Source: Balanoglossus misakiensis (Eukaryota > Animalia > Hemichordata). Taken from it: a DNA stretch of 64,000 nt. Of the stretch, positions 62,401-64,000 are shown one piece after another. The notes below the pieces were generated by a model. That model was given only the letters and a program-made list of their open reading frames with translations, was not told the DNA's origin and did no database searches. Numbering within the stretch: position 1 is the first letter of the stretch; every line of letters starts with the position of its first letter. The translations under genes were made by a program, and so were the position numbers. Location of the stretch: assembly GCA_040954595.2 (NCBI GenBank), contig CM082588.2, positions 4,094,156 through 4,158,155 of the forward strand, in the 5' to 3' direction.

Positions 62401-63715
62401 AGCAGAACACGCATACTTTACTGTTGTACTTCACCGAATAAATTTTTGATATCCTGCACATTACATTTTACAGCACCATAAAAGTCTGAGATAGTATATA
62501 GGCGACACGAAAGTTACATGTATATCTAATATGCGACATAAAAACAAATCTACTATTCATGCAACTATGCCAACTGAAACAGAGACGTGGCCAAGAATGC
62601 ACTGCATTGCTCATTTTGAGAACATTGGGTAGTTTTATATGAACATTAAACCAGCCATATCTCAAATCGCACACTTCCTGAAAAACACAAATATGAAATT
62701 AACGAAGACCATATCTTTGGTGACCTTTGTTCGACCCCTTGACCACCAACAGTTATGACCAGAAGTAACGTCATCATCCTTTGATCGGACCAAGCACAGA
62801 TTCGCACAAACTTTTGCGTCGGACAAAAAGTGTTTGTCAGCTGCTGACAGAGTCTCGGTCCGAACGTTGATCATTACCGAGGGATCACAAAGCACGGTAG
62901 TCGTGTTTACATCATGATCATGTTGATGTATGTGCATGTCTTGGCAAAGAGTACGCAACTGTCAGATTGTGATATATAGCCTTTTAATAATGGGTGCAGA
63001 GAGGGGAGCATTGTGTACACACAGACACCTCAGAGGACTCAACTCCACTATGTTTGGCAAGGACTTTCAAGGTCGAGCACGGTCGGTAAACGCGACAATG
63101 TGAGATAGCATGAAATATCTGCAGAGGTTGCCGGGGTTTCGGACATCTGAAGTTGTTTACATTCGGTGAGCCTCGACTCAAAATACCAGTGTTGCAACAA
63201 GCCAGCTCTACAATTTTCGACTGAACGGTTGTGATGACGCATGGTTCATATATCAAAGCCAACTTCCTTCGCTTCGTTACCAGTATACATTGACAATCGA
63301 TATTTCCATTTTCCCAATTTTACTGTTATCTCTTTGGTTGGAAACTAAATAAAACACATCAAGCTGCTCGAACATTTCTTTTCGCAAATGAAGTAAAAAA
63401 AGTATGTACATATGTACAAGATAGATTGCAATAATATCTTTAGAGGAACTACAACCCCGCTTTAGCGAAGGCCAATTATCGTAAAAGCAGAAGCGAAGTT
63501 TGGGGTTCGTCACAACATGAGCACTGATCAAAGAATTGTAAGGTTTGACTGTACACATTACTTCTCGGTGGGACTATTAAAATGATTGTAATGACAAAAC
63601 ACCTACATACCCTTCCTCTCTTGTTCACAAACGAATTCAACAATAACGTTTTCCCGCTGAACTGATCTCCAACAACGACAATCTTACAACGAGCGATGGG
63701 TAGCGACTTTGCCAT
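47401..63715 (-). CDS. Atypical Rho-family small GTPase, 197 aa, no CAAX
   Basis: Exons 63715-63611, 50777-50690, 49241-49132, 48255-48121 and 47556-47401 join in frame (594 nt). G1 GDQFSGKT, G3 DISGQEDY, WLPEI..., G4 GCKSDLR followed by the Rho insert helix, G5 ECSAK. Confidence 0.9.
50873..50945. repeat. (TG)n/(TC)n low-complexity tract
   Basis: Read directly; lies in Rho intron 1 near exon 2. Confidence 0.8.
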
Positions 63716-64000
63716 TGTTTCAAATGTTCATCGTTCCGGGGGACAGGTCACCGGTCTCCGACTGCGGCCGAGCGGCGGTGGCACCCACTCGGTGGGCAGA
63801 AGTTCGCTGAGTCGGTGTGGGAAGTCCGAGTCGGTACAGTACAGTACGGTGAGGTGCGGACAGCAGTAACCTAAATTCTCCTACACAGCGCGTGACTTAC
63901 TTTGAGGTAGCGTTTCAGTCACCTGGACTGGGCGACTTGTACCAATAGCGACCAATACGTACGTTATGTCATTGAGGAAAACCGCACAGCCGTGTGATCC

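Noticed and set aside
50800-63600. Nested gene or transposase within the Rho intron 1
   Set aside because: No ORF with recognisable transposase, RT or other domain motifs could be identified by eye. A diverged non-coding element cannot be excluded.

Overview
Eukaryotic, intron-rich genomic DNA (about 40% GC, GT-AG introns) from an invertebrate animal. A marine deuterostome such as a hemichordate or amphioxus is plausible, but that is inference only. I built eight protein-coding genes by hand from splice sites and reading phase. Left to right they are: TONSL (minus strand, running off the left edge); a METTL24 orthologue (minus); three paralogous signal-peptide alpha/beta-hydrolases (two tandem on plus, one convergent on minus); an intronless CBM21/PPP1R3-like gene; a GT4-glycosyltransferase / coiled-coil / TRADD-N-like gene; and an atypical Rho-family GTPase with a 12.8 kb first intron. 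Five observations stand out. (1) The GT4 + TRADD-N-like protein has a degenerate catalytic site and is a candidate sugar-sensing immune or death adaptor. (2) The three hydrolases end in three different sorting tails: a frameshift-derived polybasic tail, a GPI-type signal and KQEL. (3) The Rho has G12Q, has lost the switch-I Thr and Phe28, and has no CAAX. (4) An antisense NF-Y/TATA promoter and non-coding exon lie inside hydrolase intron 1; they probably drive METTL24 and were copied by the tandem duplication. (5) The METTL24 and CBM21 proteins have lost signature residues. No rRNA, convincing tRNA or CRISPR array was found. All family assignments come from remembered motifs, not database searches.
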